64,000 nucleotides of DNA from Polyangiaceae bacterium (GTDB lineage Bacteria > Myxococcota_A > Polyangia > Polyangiales > Polyangiaceae): the NCBI GenBank assembly GCA_044376115.1, contig JBILLK010000009.1:1-64000 (forward strand). Direction: 5' to 3'. Below the pieces are notes generated by a model. The model saw nothing but the letters and a program-made list of their open reading frames with translations. It searched no databases and was not told the origin of the DNA. Of this stretch, positions 46,824-56,516 are shown piece by piece. A program made the translations under genes and the position numbers. Every line of letters begins with the position of its first letter. Position 1 is the stretch's first letter.

Positions 46824-47681
46824 CTAGGGCGTCGGCGTCACGCAGAGTTCGCCCGCGTTGGGGTAGGTCAGCGTGACCCCGATTTCCTGCGAGCCGTCCG
46901 ACTGGAGGTCCACGCCGATCGACTTGATGCGTGAACTCGCATCGTACTCGTACGAAAGGGTGTAGAGCGGATAGTTGATTTGACATCCGGAAAAACGGTC
47001 GAACGCAGGCCGACCAACGGCATCACGCTTCACCTCGACCAAGTTCGGCATGCAGAACTCGTCCTTGTCCGGATAGTTGTTGCTCGACTCGAAGGTACCG
47101 TCCGCTGCGTACTTGTATTGGACGGAGCGAGCGCCTTCGGTCTCGGAGATCAAGCGTCCGACGTCGTCCCAGCCGAGCTTCTGTTTGCCTTTTGCGATCA
47201 AGCGACCCGCGCTGTCGAACTGAACCTCCACGCTGTCTTTGCCCTCTTTGCGAGTGAAGGTGCGGTCCTTCTTGAGGTTGTAGGTCGCAAGCCCGGCATG
47301 CGTGATGATGCCATTCGCGTCGTAGCGATAGCTGAGCCTGGCGGTGGCGGTGCACAGCTCAATCGGTTCGCCCTCAGGTTGAAGCCGCGGCACGTAGACG
47401 CACTCTTGTCCTTGGTTCGGCGTGGTGAGCAAGGTCATCTCGCAAGGGCGGGCAACCGGGTTGGGGTTGGGTGGAGGGGGAGTTGCAGTCGCCACGCTAG
47501 CTTGTGCAGAAGCAGCACCGCTCGGCGCTCCGGAGGCTGCTGCGCTGGCCGCCGGCTTCGCCGCGACGGCAGTCGCGTCAGGCTTTGCTGAGGTTGGCAC
47601 CGAGCCGCTCGCCGAGGGTTCAGCGGAACCACAGGCCGCGAGCAGTAGAGTCACCAAGAAACGGGTGGGCTGGTTGAGCAT
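46824..47681 (-). CDS. Lipoprotein with YD/RHS-like repeats
   Basis: Lipobox LAAC; YRYDANG, FDSAGRL, WDDVGRL, YEYDASSR. Confidence 0.75.
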   Translation of the reverse strand: MLNQPTRFLVTLLLAACGSAEPSASGSVPTSAKPDATAVAAKPAASAAASGAPSGAASAQASVATATPPPPNPNPVARPCEMTLLTTPNQGQECVYVPRLQPEGEPIELCTATARLSYRYDANGIITHAGLATYNLKKDRTFTRKEGKDSVEVQFDSAGRLIAKGKQKLGWDDVGRLISETEGARSVQYKYAADGTFESSNNYPDKDEFCMPNLVEVKRDAVGRPAFDRFSGCQINYPLYTLSYEYDASSRIKSIGVDLQSDGSQEIGVTLTYPNAGELCVTPTP

Positions 47682-47760
47682 CACGCTACAGCCTGCCAAC
47701 GAAGGACCCTGCAAAGCAATCTCTACGCGCTGTCACGCGCTCACGGCGCGCCGAGCCCCC

Positions 47761-49338
47761 CTACACGCGAGCGGCGATCTTCTCGGCGATGCGGTCCGCT
47801 AGCGCCATCACCGTCAACATTGGGTTGACCGCGGGGCTTGCGGAGAAGATGCCGGTGTCGGCGATGTAGAGGTTGTCGGTGTCGTGGCAGCGCCCGTCCA
47901 TATCCACCACACCTTGTTCTCGCGTGGCGCCCATGCGCGTCGAGCCGAAGGCGTGGTTGGCGGCGGTGATGGTGTCCGAGCCTTTGAGCTTCATCGTGCG
48001 CAGGATCTCGCTCCCTTGCTTGGAGTTGAGCTGCTCCGGAACGCCGTGGAGCCCAGGCAAGATCGCTTTGGCGCCAGAGGCCCAGCAGATGTCGCTCAAG
48101 ATCGAGAGCCCGCGTTGAATCAGCTTCACGTCGTCGTCGTGGAAGTTGAAGCGAATGTCCGGGTCGAAGCCGCGCTTGGCTTTGACCTCACCGAAGGAGC
48201 GATCCGCCGCGATGATCACGTCGAACGGCGCCATGTGATCGTAGTTGAGCAGGTGTTGCTGATAGCTCGTCCCAAGGCCGGGTAGGCGCGCAGCGAGCAC
48301 CGCCGGCGGCGACCAAAGCACCTCCAGCTTGATGCCCTCCTTGAGGTAGTGGAGCGAGTGAAAGCCCTGCGTCGCGCCGGCCCATGGATCGATCGGCTCA
48401 TCGTACACGGCCATGATCGCAAGGCCCGGGTGCATCAGCAGCTGTTTGCCGACCCAACGGTTCTCCGTCAGTACCTCGCTCTTTTGCAGGATGACCGGCG
48501 TTTGCATGCAGCCGGCCGCAAGCACCAGGGTCTTGGGGCGCACTGTTACCCCGTGCGAGGCGACACCGGTGAAGGGCGTGACCACGTGACCGTGCACCGA
48601 GACCACCTTGCGCCCGCTCATCTTCACGCGCTCGACGCGCACGCTGGTGTAAACGCGTGCTCCTGCGCGAATGGCCGCGGGTACGTAGCTCACGTCGGTC
48701 GACTTCTTGGCGCCGTTGCGGCAGCCGGTGAAGCACTCCCCGGAGCCTTTGCAGCCCTTCACGTTGCGCCAGGTGGGCTCGCTCGAGATGCCCAAGCGAT
48801 CACAGCCTTGCTTGAAGCGCAGGTTGCGCGGGCCTTGCACCTCCATCGGCGTCGGCTCGACGAAAAGGAACTTCTCCACCCGCTCGAAGTGCTTGCGCAG
48901 GAGGTCCGCCGAGAGCTCGACGCCGGTGGTGCGTTGCCACTTGTCCCACACCCAATCGGGGGCGCGCGCACAGATCGCCGAGTTGATCACCGAGCCACCG
49001 CCGAGCAGATTGGCCTGCATGGTGGGGATGAACATGTTGCCGCGGCTGGCCCGCGTTCCGCCTTCCCGCAGCATGTTGTGCATGGCCTCGCCGGCCTCCA
49101 AGGTGAAATCTTTACTGGCAATGGGCGGGCCTTCCTCCAGCAGAATCACGTCCTTTCCAGCCTCGGCCAGCTCCTTGGCGACGACCGCGCCGCCGGGCCC
49201 GCTGCCCACGACCAGCACATCGCAATCGAGCTCGAGCGGGCCGTGATAGTCCGCATGGACCTTCACGCCTTCATGCGGACCGCGTGCGCCGAAGGTGAGG
49301 GGAGCGACTTCAGTACGAAGGACATCCAGGCTTTTCAT
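47761..49338 (-). CDS. GMC family oxidoreductase
   Basis: DVLVVGSGPGG, GGGSVINS, CxGxGxCxxGC, HAFGSTRMG, VNPMLT. Confidence 0.95.
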   Translation of the reverse strand: MKSLDVLRTEVAPLTFGARGPHEGVKVHADYHGPLELDCDVLVVGSGPGGAVVAKELAEAGKDVILLEEGPPIASKDFTLEAGEAMHNMLREGGTRASRGNMFIPTMQANLLGGGSVINSAICARAPDWVWDKWQRTTGVELSADLLRKHFERVEKFLFVEPTPMEVQGPRNLRFKQGCDRLGISSEPTWRNVKGCKGSGECFTGCRNGAKKSTDVSYVPAAIRAGARVYTSVRVERVKMSGRKVVSVHGHVVTPFTGVASHGVTVRPKTLVLAAGCMQTPVILQKSEVLTENRWVGKQLLMHPGLAIMAVYDEPIDPWAGATQGFHSLHYLKEGIKLEVLWSPPAVLAARLPGLGTSYQQHLLNYDHMAPFDVIIAADRSFGEVKAKRGFDPDIRFNFHDDDVKLIQRGLSILSDICWASGAKAILPGLHGVPEQLNSKQGSEILRTMKLKGSDTITAANHAFGSTRMGATREQGVVDMDGRCHDTDNLYIADTGIFSASPAVNPMLTVMALADRIAEKIAARV

Positions 49339-49832
49339 GCATCCCCCAGGTTGAACGGGTTGGTGTTCGCCTTCATACGCATGGCGGTGGAGACCCGCGG
49401 GTCCGAGAGGTAGCCCATCGTCAACATCGTCCGCATCGAGAGGAAGGCGATGCGACGGAAGTAGATCGGGCTCGTGCGCATCGACTCGAGCACGGCAATG
49501 CGCTCCTCCACCGAGAGCGAGCTGAAGCGATTGCGCTTGGGCCCGAACAGCCACGGCCCATGCTCGACGAACCAAAAGAGCAGCCGCACCAAGCGCGCTT
49601 GGCCCTCCGGCAAGCGACCGAGGTAGCGCTCCATGTACAGCACCAAGCGCGCCTCTTTGGCCGACACCGGGATCGGCCCGTTGTTCGGAAAGAGCGCCTC
49701 AGCGCACGCGGCAACCACCGCTTGCTCTTTGCGCGTGAGCTTGCCGTCCGGCACGACTTTGTCCGGGTAACCAAGGAAAAGCCCTTTGGCGAGAGCCGCG
49801 GTGGAAGCGATGGCGACCGAGGGAAACAGCAT
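49335..49832 (-). CDS. Gluconate 2-dehydrogenase subunit-3-like partner protein
   Basis: VVAACAEALFP, RFSSLSVEER, MGYLSDP; overlaps the GMC start. Confidence 0.75.
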   Translation of the reverse strand: MLFPSVAIASTAALAKGLFLGYPDKVVPDGKLTRKEQAVVAACAEALFPNNGPIPVSAKEARLVLYMERYLGRLPEGQARLVRLLFWFVEHGPWLFGPKRNRFSSLSVEERIAVLESMRTSPIYFRRIAFLSMRTMLTMGYLSDPRVSTAMRMKANTNPFNLGDA

Positions 49833-49845
49833 GGAGACCAACCTT

Positions 49846-50694
49846 TCAGACAGTTGCGGCGCGGCTCTTGGCGCGCTTTGCAGGAGCAGGAGCTTTGGCA
49901 GCGGTGCTGGGCTTTGCAGCGGAGCCGGCCGTTTCAGCGGTGCTGGCCTTTGCAGTGGAATCGGCCTTGTCAGCGGGAGCGGCCTCTCCGGCCAACGCAG
50001 CGGCCAGCGAGGCATCCACCCGATCGAGATAGCGATCCACTTCGGTAAGTGCGCCGACCTCGTCATGCGCCTCGATCAGCGTCAGCAGCCGATCCATCGC
50101 CTGGGCGTAGTCCGCAGGCGGCCCGCCGAGGGCCAAGGCGAAGGTGGCGTGGAGCTCGAGCATGGGGCTCCAAAAGCTGTTGGCGAACCACACGACCGGC
50201 CACAGCTCACTGGCCTGCAGCAGGCTGCGAAACACCTCCAACTCGAGCGTGACGTGAGCCTGCGGATCGATCTCTTGACCGGAGCGCTCAAACAGCTTGC
50301 GCACCTCTTTTAGCGGGGTTGGCTTGGCGTACTTGGCGGCCAAGCGCACGGCCTCTTTGGCCAGCAGCCGACGCATCCACAAAAGCTCCACCAACATCGG
50401 CTTGGCGTCCCCGCCGATCATCGCGTGGGGGAGGTACGTGGGCAGCAGCGCGGGCGTACCGTGCCGCCGCCAATCCAGCACGTGCGCCCCAGAGCCGCGC
50501 CGCGATTCGATCAAGCCTGCCGCAGCCAGCTGACCCAGGGCCTCACGAATGGTGCTGCGACCGCAACCAAACTCCTTGGCCAACGCCGTCTCTGCCGGAA
50601 GCCGAACCCCAGGCGGAAAGGCCCCTCCCACGATGCGCTCGGCGAGCTCTCGCTGAACGCGAGGCACTTCACGCAGGGTCGGTTCGCTCGACAT
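49846..50694 (-). CDS. GntR/FadR family regulator
   Basis: FPPGVRLPAETALAKEFGCGRSTIREAL...RRGSG. Confidence 0.93.
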   Translation of the reverse strand: MSSEPTLREVPRVQRELAERIVGGAFPPGVRLPAETALAKEFGCGRSTIREALGQLAAAGLIESRRGSGAHVLDWRRHGTPALLPTYLPHAMIGGDAKPMLVELLWMRRLLAKEAVRLAAKYAKPTPLKEVRKLFERSGQEIDPQAHVTLELEVFRSLLQASELWPVVWFANSFWSPMLELHATFALALGGPPADYAQAMDRLLTLIEAHDEVGALTEVDRYLDRVDASLAAALAGEAAPADKADSTAKASTAETAGSAAKPSTAAKAPAPAKRAKSRAATV

Positions 50695-50715
50695 GTCAGA
50701 CTAATTAGTCTGACA
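50694..50715. promoter_or_regulatory. Perfect 22-bp palindrome, probable FadR-type operator
   Basis: TGTCAGACTAATTAGTCTGACA overlapping the regulator start codon. Confidence 0.75.
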
Positions 50716-50784
50716 ACTTCGTTCGTGCAAGGGGGCCGCTTCACTTTTTTGCATTCGCGGGTGCGGACCAGGTCTCATGCGCCG

Positions 50785-52686
50785 ATGTCAGCAGCGGAAG
50801 ATCCCGAGCGCGTTTGGCTTCGAGACGTTTACAAGCGTGGCGCGCGCCAGCTCACCGTGCGGGCGGTGATCTCCGGGATGTTGATCGGCATGCTGATGTG
50901 CCTCTCCAACCTGTACGTCGTGCTCAAGACCGGCTGGAGTTTGGGCGTTACGGTCACGGCCTGCATCATCGCCTTCGCGCTTTTTTCGCTGTTCTCCAAG
51001 GTCGGCCTGCTGAAGGCGCAGTTCTCCCCGCTCGAGAACAACGCGATGGGCTCGGTCGCCTCCGCGGCGGGCTACATGACCGGTGGCGGCAACATGGCCG
51101 CTGTTCCGGCGCTGTTCGTGCTCACCGGCGCGATCCCGAATACGCCCTCGCTGATGGTGTGGTTCGGCGTGATCGCTGCGCTTGGCGTATTCGCCGCCAT
51201 CCCGATCAAACGCCAGCTGATCAACATCGAGCAACTGCCGTTTCCCACCGGCATCGCCACCGCCGAGACGATCACCTCGCTACACGAGGCGGCGCACGCT
51301 GCCGAGCGCGCTTCCGCGGTGAAAGGAAATGCGGCGGCTGAACACTCCCCGTACCGGAAAAGTGACGAGGCTGCGAAAGAGTCCGGCAGCGGCAAAGCCA
51401 AGTACCTCGGCGGAGCTGCGCTAATCGGCGCGCTTATCGCGATCCTTCGCGATGCCAAAGGCCGCTTCATGCCGTTCAACTTGCCCGACAAGATCGCGCT
51501 GCCCGGCCTTTCTTGGGGCGGCTTTCCGGCGATGAAGTGGACCGTGGGCATCGAGGGCAGTCTGCTGCTCGTGGGGGCCGGCGCGATCATGGGCTTCCGC
51601 GTTTGTCTTTCGTTGCTGGTCGGCGCGCTGCTCACCTACGGCTTCTTGTGTCCCTGGCTGGTCCGCGAGGGCATCGTGGCCAGCGTCGAATACAAGGTGA
51701 TGGTGACTTCAACGTTGTGGCCCGCCGCTGCGATGATGCTGGCGCACGGCCTTACCTCCTTTGCCTTTCAATGGCGCAGCGTGGTCAAGAGCTTCTCGGG
51801 GCTCAAAAACGCCTTCACCAAGAAGAAGGACGCTGCGGCGGACGAGATGGACGAGGTCGAGTGTCCGGCTTGGTGGTTCCCCGCTGGCTTTCTTGTGTTC
51901 GGCCCGATCGTAGTGCTGCTGATGGTGGTGCTGTTCGGCATCCCGTGGTGGGCCGCGTTGATGGCGCTGCCGCTCTCGGTCGTGATGGGCGTGGTCGCAG
52001 CGCGCGTCACCGGCGAGACCGACGTCACGCCGACCAAAGCGCTCGGTCCGGCAACGCAGTTCATCTACGGCGCCGTGCTTCCCGGCAACCTTACCGCCAA
52101 CGTGATGGGCGCCAACGTCACTGGCGGTGTGGGCCTGCATTCGGCCGACCTGCTCACCGATCTGAAGAGCGGTTACTTGCTCGGCGCCAATCCGCGGAAG
52201 CAGGTGATTGGGCAGCTGTTCGGTGTAGTGGCCGGCGCCTTGATCGTGGTGCCAGCCTTCAATTTGTTGATTCCCGAAGCCTCGGTGCTCGGCTCGGATC
52301 AGTTCCCGGCGCCCGGAGTTCAAGTGTGGGCCGGCGTTTCAAAGGCGCTCGCGGTGGGTGTGGACGCGATGCATCCGACCATCCGTATCTTGGCGTTGAT
52401 CGGCGCCGTGGTTGGGCTCGTCCTCGCGCTCGCCGAGAAGCTCCTGCCCAAGCGTTTCCTACCGTACATCCCCTCGGCCTCTGGGCTGGGCATCGCCATG
52501 GTGGTTCCCGGTTGGAACGCCGTCTCGATGTTCATCGGCGGTGCTACGGCGGAGATCGTCCGTCGCGTGAAGCCCGGTCTCGCTGCTGCCGCGGTGGTGC
52601 CGGTCTCCAGCGGCTTCATCGCCGGTGAGAGCTTGCTCGGCATCGCCATCAAGGGCCTGATCGTGGCCGGCGTCTTGGCCAAGTAG
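50785..52686 (+). CDS. OPT family oligopeptide transporter
   Basis: QLTVRA, NLYVVLKTG, LENN, LPFPTG, GETD, DLKSGYLLGANPRKQ. Confidence 0.93.
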   Translation: MSAAEDPERVWLRDVYKRGARQLTVRAVISGMLIGMLMCLSNLYVVLKTGWSLGVTVTACIIAFALFSLFSKVGLLKAQFSPLENNAMGSVASAAGYMTGGGNMAAVPALFVLTGAIPNTPSLMVWFGVIAALGVFAAIPIKRQLINIEQLPFPTGIATAETITSLHEAAHAAERASAVKGNAAAEHSPYRKSDEAAKESGSGKAKYLGGAALIGALIAILRDAKGRFMPFNLPDKIALPGLSWGGFPAMKWTVGIEGSLLLVGAGAIMGFRVCLSLLVGALLTYGFLCPWLVREGIVASVEYKVMVTSTLWPAAAMMLAHGLTSFAFQWRSVVKSFSGLKNAFTKKKDAAADEMDEVECPAWWFPAGFLVFGPIVVLLMVVLFGIPWWAALMALPLSVVMGVVAARVTGETDVTPTKALGPATQFIYGAVLPGNLTANVMGANVTGGVGLHSADLLTDLKSGYLLGANPRKQVIGQLFGVVAGALIVVPAFNLLIPEASVLGSDQFPAPGVQVWAGVSKALAVGVDAMHPTIRILALIGAVVGLVLALAEKLLPKRFLPYIPSASGLGIAMVVPGWNAVSMFIGGATAEIVRRVKPGLAAAAVVPVSSGFIAGESLLGIAIKGLIVAGVLAK

Positions 52687-52736
52687 CACGCGGGCTGGTC
52701 GGTGTACCGGCCATCTACCAGCCCAGCTTCTACCGC

Positions 52737-53291
52737 TTAAATGACGGTGTAGTCGTGTTCGCCGCCAAGGCCGCGCTCCTCGAAGTAGCGCTTTGCCGCC
52801 TTCACATGGAGGGGGAACGCGAAGACCTCCTCGATGCCGCGGGGGCCGAAGACCAGTCCACGCTCGGAGGTCTCCGGACTCGCGACGAACGAGCCCAACG
52901 CCGCGCTGGTGATGGGCTCGGCGGTGGAGAAGAGGAGCACGCGGTTGGGCCGCGGCTCCGTCGATGTGAACCAGAACGGCGTTAGCGTGCTCGCTGCGAT
53001 CGAGGCCCCAGTCTCCTCGCGGAGCTCGCGCACCGCGCCTTCGGCCCACGTCTCGTGTTCCTCCAGGAAGCCTCCAACCAGCGCCAGCTTACCCAACCTG
53101 GGCTCGATCGCGCGCCGTACGACGAGCAGCCCTGTCCGCTCTGCAACGATTACGGGAAGCAGGATGACCGACACGGGGATGGGGTTGGCCCAGATTGTCG
53201 TTGAGCACGAGGCACACGTACGAGGGTAGGCCAGCGGCTCCGGGTATCGCGTTCCGCAGTACGAGCAGTGAGCATCACGCGTGAGCTTCAT
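52737..53291 (-). CDS. NUDIX hydrolase with N-terminal zinc ribbon
   Basis: HCSYCG...CASC; GGFLEEHETWAEGAVRELREETG. Confidence 0.92.
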   Translation of the reverse strand: MKLTRDAHCSYCGTRYPEPLAYPRTCASCSTTIWANPIPVSVILLPVIVAERTGLLVVRRAIEPRLGKLALVGGFLEEHETWAEGAVRELREETGASIAASTLTPFWFTSTEPRPNRVLLFSTAEPITSAALGSFVASPETSERGLVFGPRGIEEVFAFPLHVKAAKRYFEERGLGGEHDYTVI

Positions 53292-53363
53292 GTCGTGGTG
53301 CTATCACGGCTACGGAGGCCGGGCCTAGGCCGAGGCTTGAAAAAACAGCCGCAGGCCAGCACC

Positions 53364-54920
53364 ATGATGTCGATGCAGGCGCACCAGAAAGCTCCCGCCA
53401 CCGTCAACAAGCTTCGCGAGCTGCTCAACAAGCTTCAGAGAGGGAAGACTCTCGAGGTGAGGCTCGAAGAGCGCAACGACACGCCGCTGACCTGGGCCGT
53501 CAGCGAGGGCTATCACGACATCGCAGTGACGTTGATCGAAGCGGGGGTCGACGTGAATGCTCAAAACGCCGACGGGAACACCGCGCTGCTTCGCGCGGCA
53601 TGTGAGGGCCGCGCGGAGCTGGCCAGCGTCCTGCTCCGGGTCGGCGCCAAGCCCGACCTGCAAAATGCCGATGGATACTCCGCCCTGGTCCTCGCCAAGC
53701 GCCGCGGCAATCGAGAGATCGTCGACATGTTGCTCGCACGCGGCGCCGATCGAAGCCTGCGCACGAGCGGCGGTGTGAGCTTCGAGCAGCCGGGCGTGTC
53801 CCCGAAGGTGTCCATCGAAGGGCCTCGGGATGCGCGGCTGGAGTTGGACGTCATCGAGACCATTGCTCAATGCCGCGACGGGCGGATTGCGGGCCGGGTA
53901 CTCGACAAGTACATCAACCTGGAGGCCGCAGACCGCTTCGTGTCCACACGGGTGCTCCGCGACGCCTATGTGCGTCACGAAGCTTCGCAAAGCCCAGAAG
54001 CTCCCAACTACGTCTCGCTGGAAGACGGCATGGAGCTCGGAATTGTCTCGAGCGCGGTGCCGGAGATCGCACGTGCGGTCTCGTCGATGTTGTGCCGATC
54101 GCTCGAGGACGCACGCATCGACCGCGGTGGCCACCTGCCTCCGCAGGTCGTCCAGCGGGTGCAGCGCGAGATCATCTCGCCATACGGGGTCGCGCATATC
54201 TGGGGCATCACAGGTCATCGCTTCGTACTCTCGCGCTCGGTCGGACCGGACCGCAGCGAGCTCTTGGGTACGATCCTGGTCGGACGCAGCAAGGACACGA
54301 TCTTCTTCTTCACCGGTCGCTACAACAACCTGCGCCACTCGACGCTACGCAAGACGGTCGACTTCGAGCAGCCCAACGCGGACAGGCCCAGCGAGCGGTG
54401 GTTCGACAGGTTTGCGTTCCCCGAGATCGATTGCTTCAAGCCACGGGCCTATCACCACATTGCGAACTTCGTGGTCAGCAAGGAGCAGCGCGGACAGAGC
54501 CTCTCGCGGTTCATGCTCGCCAAGATCTTGGAGAAGTACGCGCGCGACCACATGGTCGCGCGAGGCGTTCGCGTCGAGCACTCGCAGCACCTCCTGTGCG
54601 GCCGGGGTTTCTGGCAAATCGGCGACCCGCCTTGGCTCAAGCGGATGGAGAGACTCGGCTTCTATTTGAGGTGGGGGGCGGAGAGCTTCTTTATCGAGCA
54701 CGACTGGGCCCCTCTGCCGGAGATGCGCAACAGCGCGGGAGAGGTGATCTCCAACGTCGACTACAATCGTTCGTATGGTCTGCCCGATCGCTACCTCGCG
54801 TCGAAGCCGATCGTGGCCTCCGACGAGCACCTCGTGGAGCGCGTCGCCGAGGTCGTCCGGCTCTCGCAAGTGCCCACTGCCAAGCTTCAGTATTTCCAAG
54901 CGCTGTTCGACTTCACCTGA
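53364..54920 (+). CDS. Ankyrin repeat - GNAT-like fusion protein
   Basis: Three ankyrin repeats (TPLTWA, GNTALLRA, GYSALVLA); HIANFVVSKEQRGQSLSRFML resembles GNAT motif A and ERLGF motif B. Confidence 0.78.
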   Translation: MMSMQAHQKAPATVNKLRELLNKLQRGKTLEVRLEERNDTPLTWAVSEGYHDIAVTLIEAGVDVNAQNADGNTALLRAACEGRAELASVLLRVGAKPDLQNADGYSALVLAKRRGNREIVDMLLARGADRSLRTSGGVSFEQPGVSPKVSIEGPRDARLELDVIETIAQCRDGRIAGRVLDKYINLEAADRFVSTRVLRDAYVRHEASQSPEAPNYVSLEDGMELGIVSSAVPEIARAVSSMLCRSLEDARIDRGGHLPPQVVQRVQREIISPYGVAHIWGITGHRFVLSRSVGPDRSELLGTILVGRSKDTIFFFTGRYNNLRHSTLRKTVDFEQPNADRPSERWFDRFAFPEIDCFKPRAYHHIANFVVSKEQRGQSLSRFMLAKILEKYARDHMVARGVRVEHSQHLLCGRGFWQIGDPPWLKRMERLGFYLRWGAESFFIEHDWAPLPEMRNSAGEVISNVDYNRSYGLPDRYLASKPIVASDEHLVERVAEVVRLSQVPTAKLQYFQALFDFT

Positions 54921-54931
54921 TCCTGTGAGCC

Positions 54932-55810
54932 ATGAGCCTTACCCACCTCGTCCAGACACACTCCATCGACACGCAACGGGTCGTCCCCTTCACCGGGGAG
55001 GGCGCGTACCACGGCTCGACGAACAAGCGGGCGGTAGCAGCCTCCGCCGCGCTACCGCCAGTCGTGGAAGAGATGAGGCCGAGCACCCTCGACGGGTATC
55101 GGCTCGGCGATCCGCGACCGATCAGGGACTTCGAAGCGACCTTCACAAATCTCTACGTTGTCGAGCGCGAGCTCTCTGTTCCCACACAGGAAGAGGTCCG
55201 CGATGACGGCGTCACCTTCTGTTGGTGCCCGTTCGATGAGGCGGCCGCGTTGGCGGGCCCGCTGACCGCCCGCGTCCTCGAGGCGATGCGCGAGCACCTT
55301 GTCGGCGACAAGCGCTACGTCTACGTCGACTCCAAGATCCAGTACTTCGAGCCGGGTGATGTTCCGGTCGATAGCCAGCATTGGCATGTGGACGGGAGCA
55401 TCGTGGCCCGGGGCAAGGTGGTTGAGGCGCTTGGACACGCCTTGCTCCACGACATGAAAGCGCGCCTCGCGAGCGGCGTTGCCCCGCCTCGCTACCTCGC
55501 CTACCAGTCCTCCGACCACTGCGCGACAGTGTTCGCCACATCACCGGTGACGCTTACGCTGCCTGAGCTCATCCCCAACTTCAACGGCCTCGACGCTGCG
55601 ATTCGCGAGCTCGCGCCGCCGTTCGCCCTTCAGCCGGCGTCGACCATCGTGCGCACCGACGGGCTGTCGTTGCATCGGGCGCAGGCAGCCACAGGCGCGG
55701 GCTGGCGCCTGTGGGTCCGCGCGGTGGAGACCGACCGTGAGACCGTGGTGTCCTCGTCGATCATCGACTGCTACGGAACGGTGTTCCGCATGCGAGAGCC
55801 GAAGATTTGA
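54932..55810 (+). CDS. 2OG-Fe(II) dioxygenase-like protein
   Basis: WHVDG (HxD), distal SLHRAQ, WRLWVR. Confidence 0.7.
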   Translation: MSLTHLVQTHSIDTQRVVPFTGEGAYHGSTNKRAVAASAALPPVVEEMRPSTLDGYRLGDPRPIRDFEATFTNLYVVERELSVPTQEEVRDDGVTFCWCPFDEAAALAGPLTARVLEAMREHLVGDKRYVYVDSKIQYFEPGDVPVDSQHWHVDGSIVARGKVVEALGHALLHDMKARLASGVAPPRYLAYQSSDHCATVFATSPVTLTLPELIPNFNGLDAAIRELAPPFALQPASTIVRTDGLSLHRAQAATGAGWRLWVRAVETDRETVVSSSIIDCYGTVFRMREPKI

Positions 55811-55876
55811 ACTCTACGCTTGAGCGTGAGGTTCTCCGCTGCGCCGTGACCCCGCGCTTGTTGCTACCGTTGTCCC

Positions 55877-56416
55877 ATGAGCACCGAACCTGCTGAACTC
55901 GTTGTACTGCGAGCGCTGTTTGAGAGCTTCCCTACGGCGATCCTGCTCGCCAACGACGCCGCCTTCTATGTTGGTGCCAATCGTGCGGCGTGCGCGCTGC
56001 TTGGTCGGTCTCATGACCAGGTGGTTGGGATGCACCTCAGCGACGTTGTTGCGCCGGGGCGGCGCCGCGAGGTTGACGTGCAGTGGCAGGCCTTTCTTCG
56101 CGATGGCGTGCAGAGCGGTGTGTTCCTGCTCGAGTTGTCGGAGGGCACCCGCTCGGTCCAATTTCAAGCCCAGGCGAACTTCGTTCCGGGCGTTCATTGC
56201 TCGTTCCTCACGCCCGTCGCCGCGCCTGCGGAGCGTGGTCTCGAGGACGAGCCGCTGCTCACGCTGTGCGCCTGGACCAAGATGGTCAAGGTCGGTGATC
56301 GTTGGGTCGCGCTCGAGCAGTTCTTGCAAAGCCGCCTCGGTCAGCGTGTGACCCACGGCATCTGCCCAACGGCGTTTGACAAGCTGGTTGAGGAGGCCGA
56401 CGAGCCGGCCCCATAG
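55877..56416 (+). CDS. PAS domain protein with C-terminal CAW...THGICP motif
   Basis: ANRAACALLG...VVGM; LCAWTK, THGICP. Confidence 0.85.
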   Translation: MSTEPAELVVLRALFESFPTAILLANDAAFYVGANRAACALLGRSHDQVVGMHLSDVVAPGRRREVDVQWQAFLRDGVQSGVFLLELSEGTRSVQFQAQANFVPGVHCSFLTPVAAPAERGLEDEPLLTLCAWTKMVKVGDRWVALEQFLQSRLGQRVTHGICPTAFDKLVEEADEPAP

Positions 56417-56516
56417 CTGGCCCGCTCCTTTGCCCTTCTCGTCGCGGCGGCCGTCAAGAAGCCGTCCGCGCGCAATGGCACCGCGAGCGTACCGGCGAAC
56501 AAACTACCTGGCGGAG

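Noticed and set aside
46561..46986. N-terminal extension of the monooxygenase ORF to 46986
   Set aside because: Overlaps the upstream gene and AT-rich intergenic DNA; the signal peptide begins at ATG 46560
46824..47681. RHS polymorphic toxin
   Set aside because: Only a few YD-like repeats, with no RHS core, PxxxxDPxG motif or toxin/immunity pair
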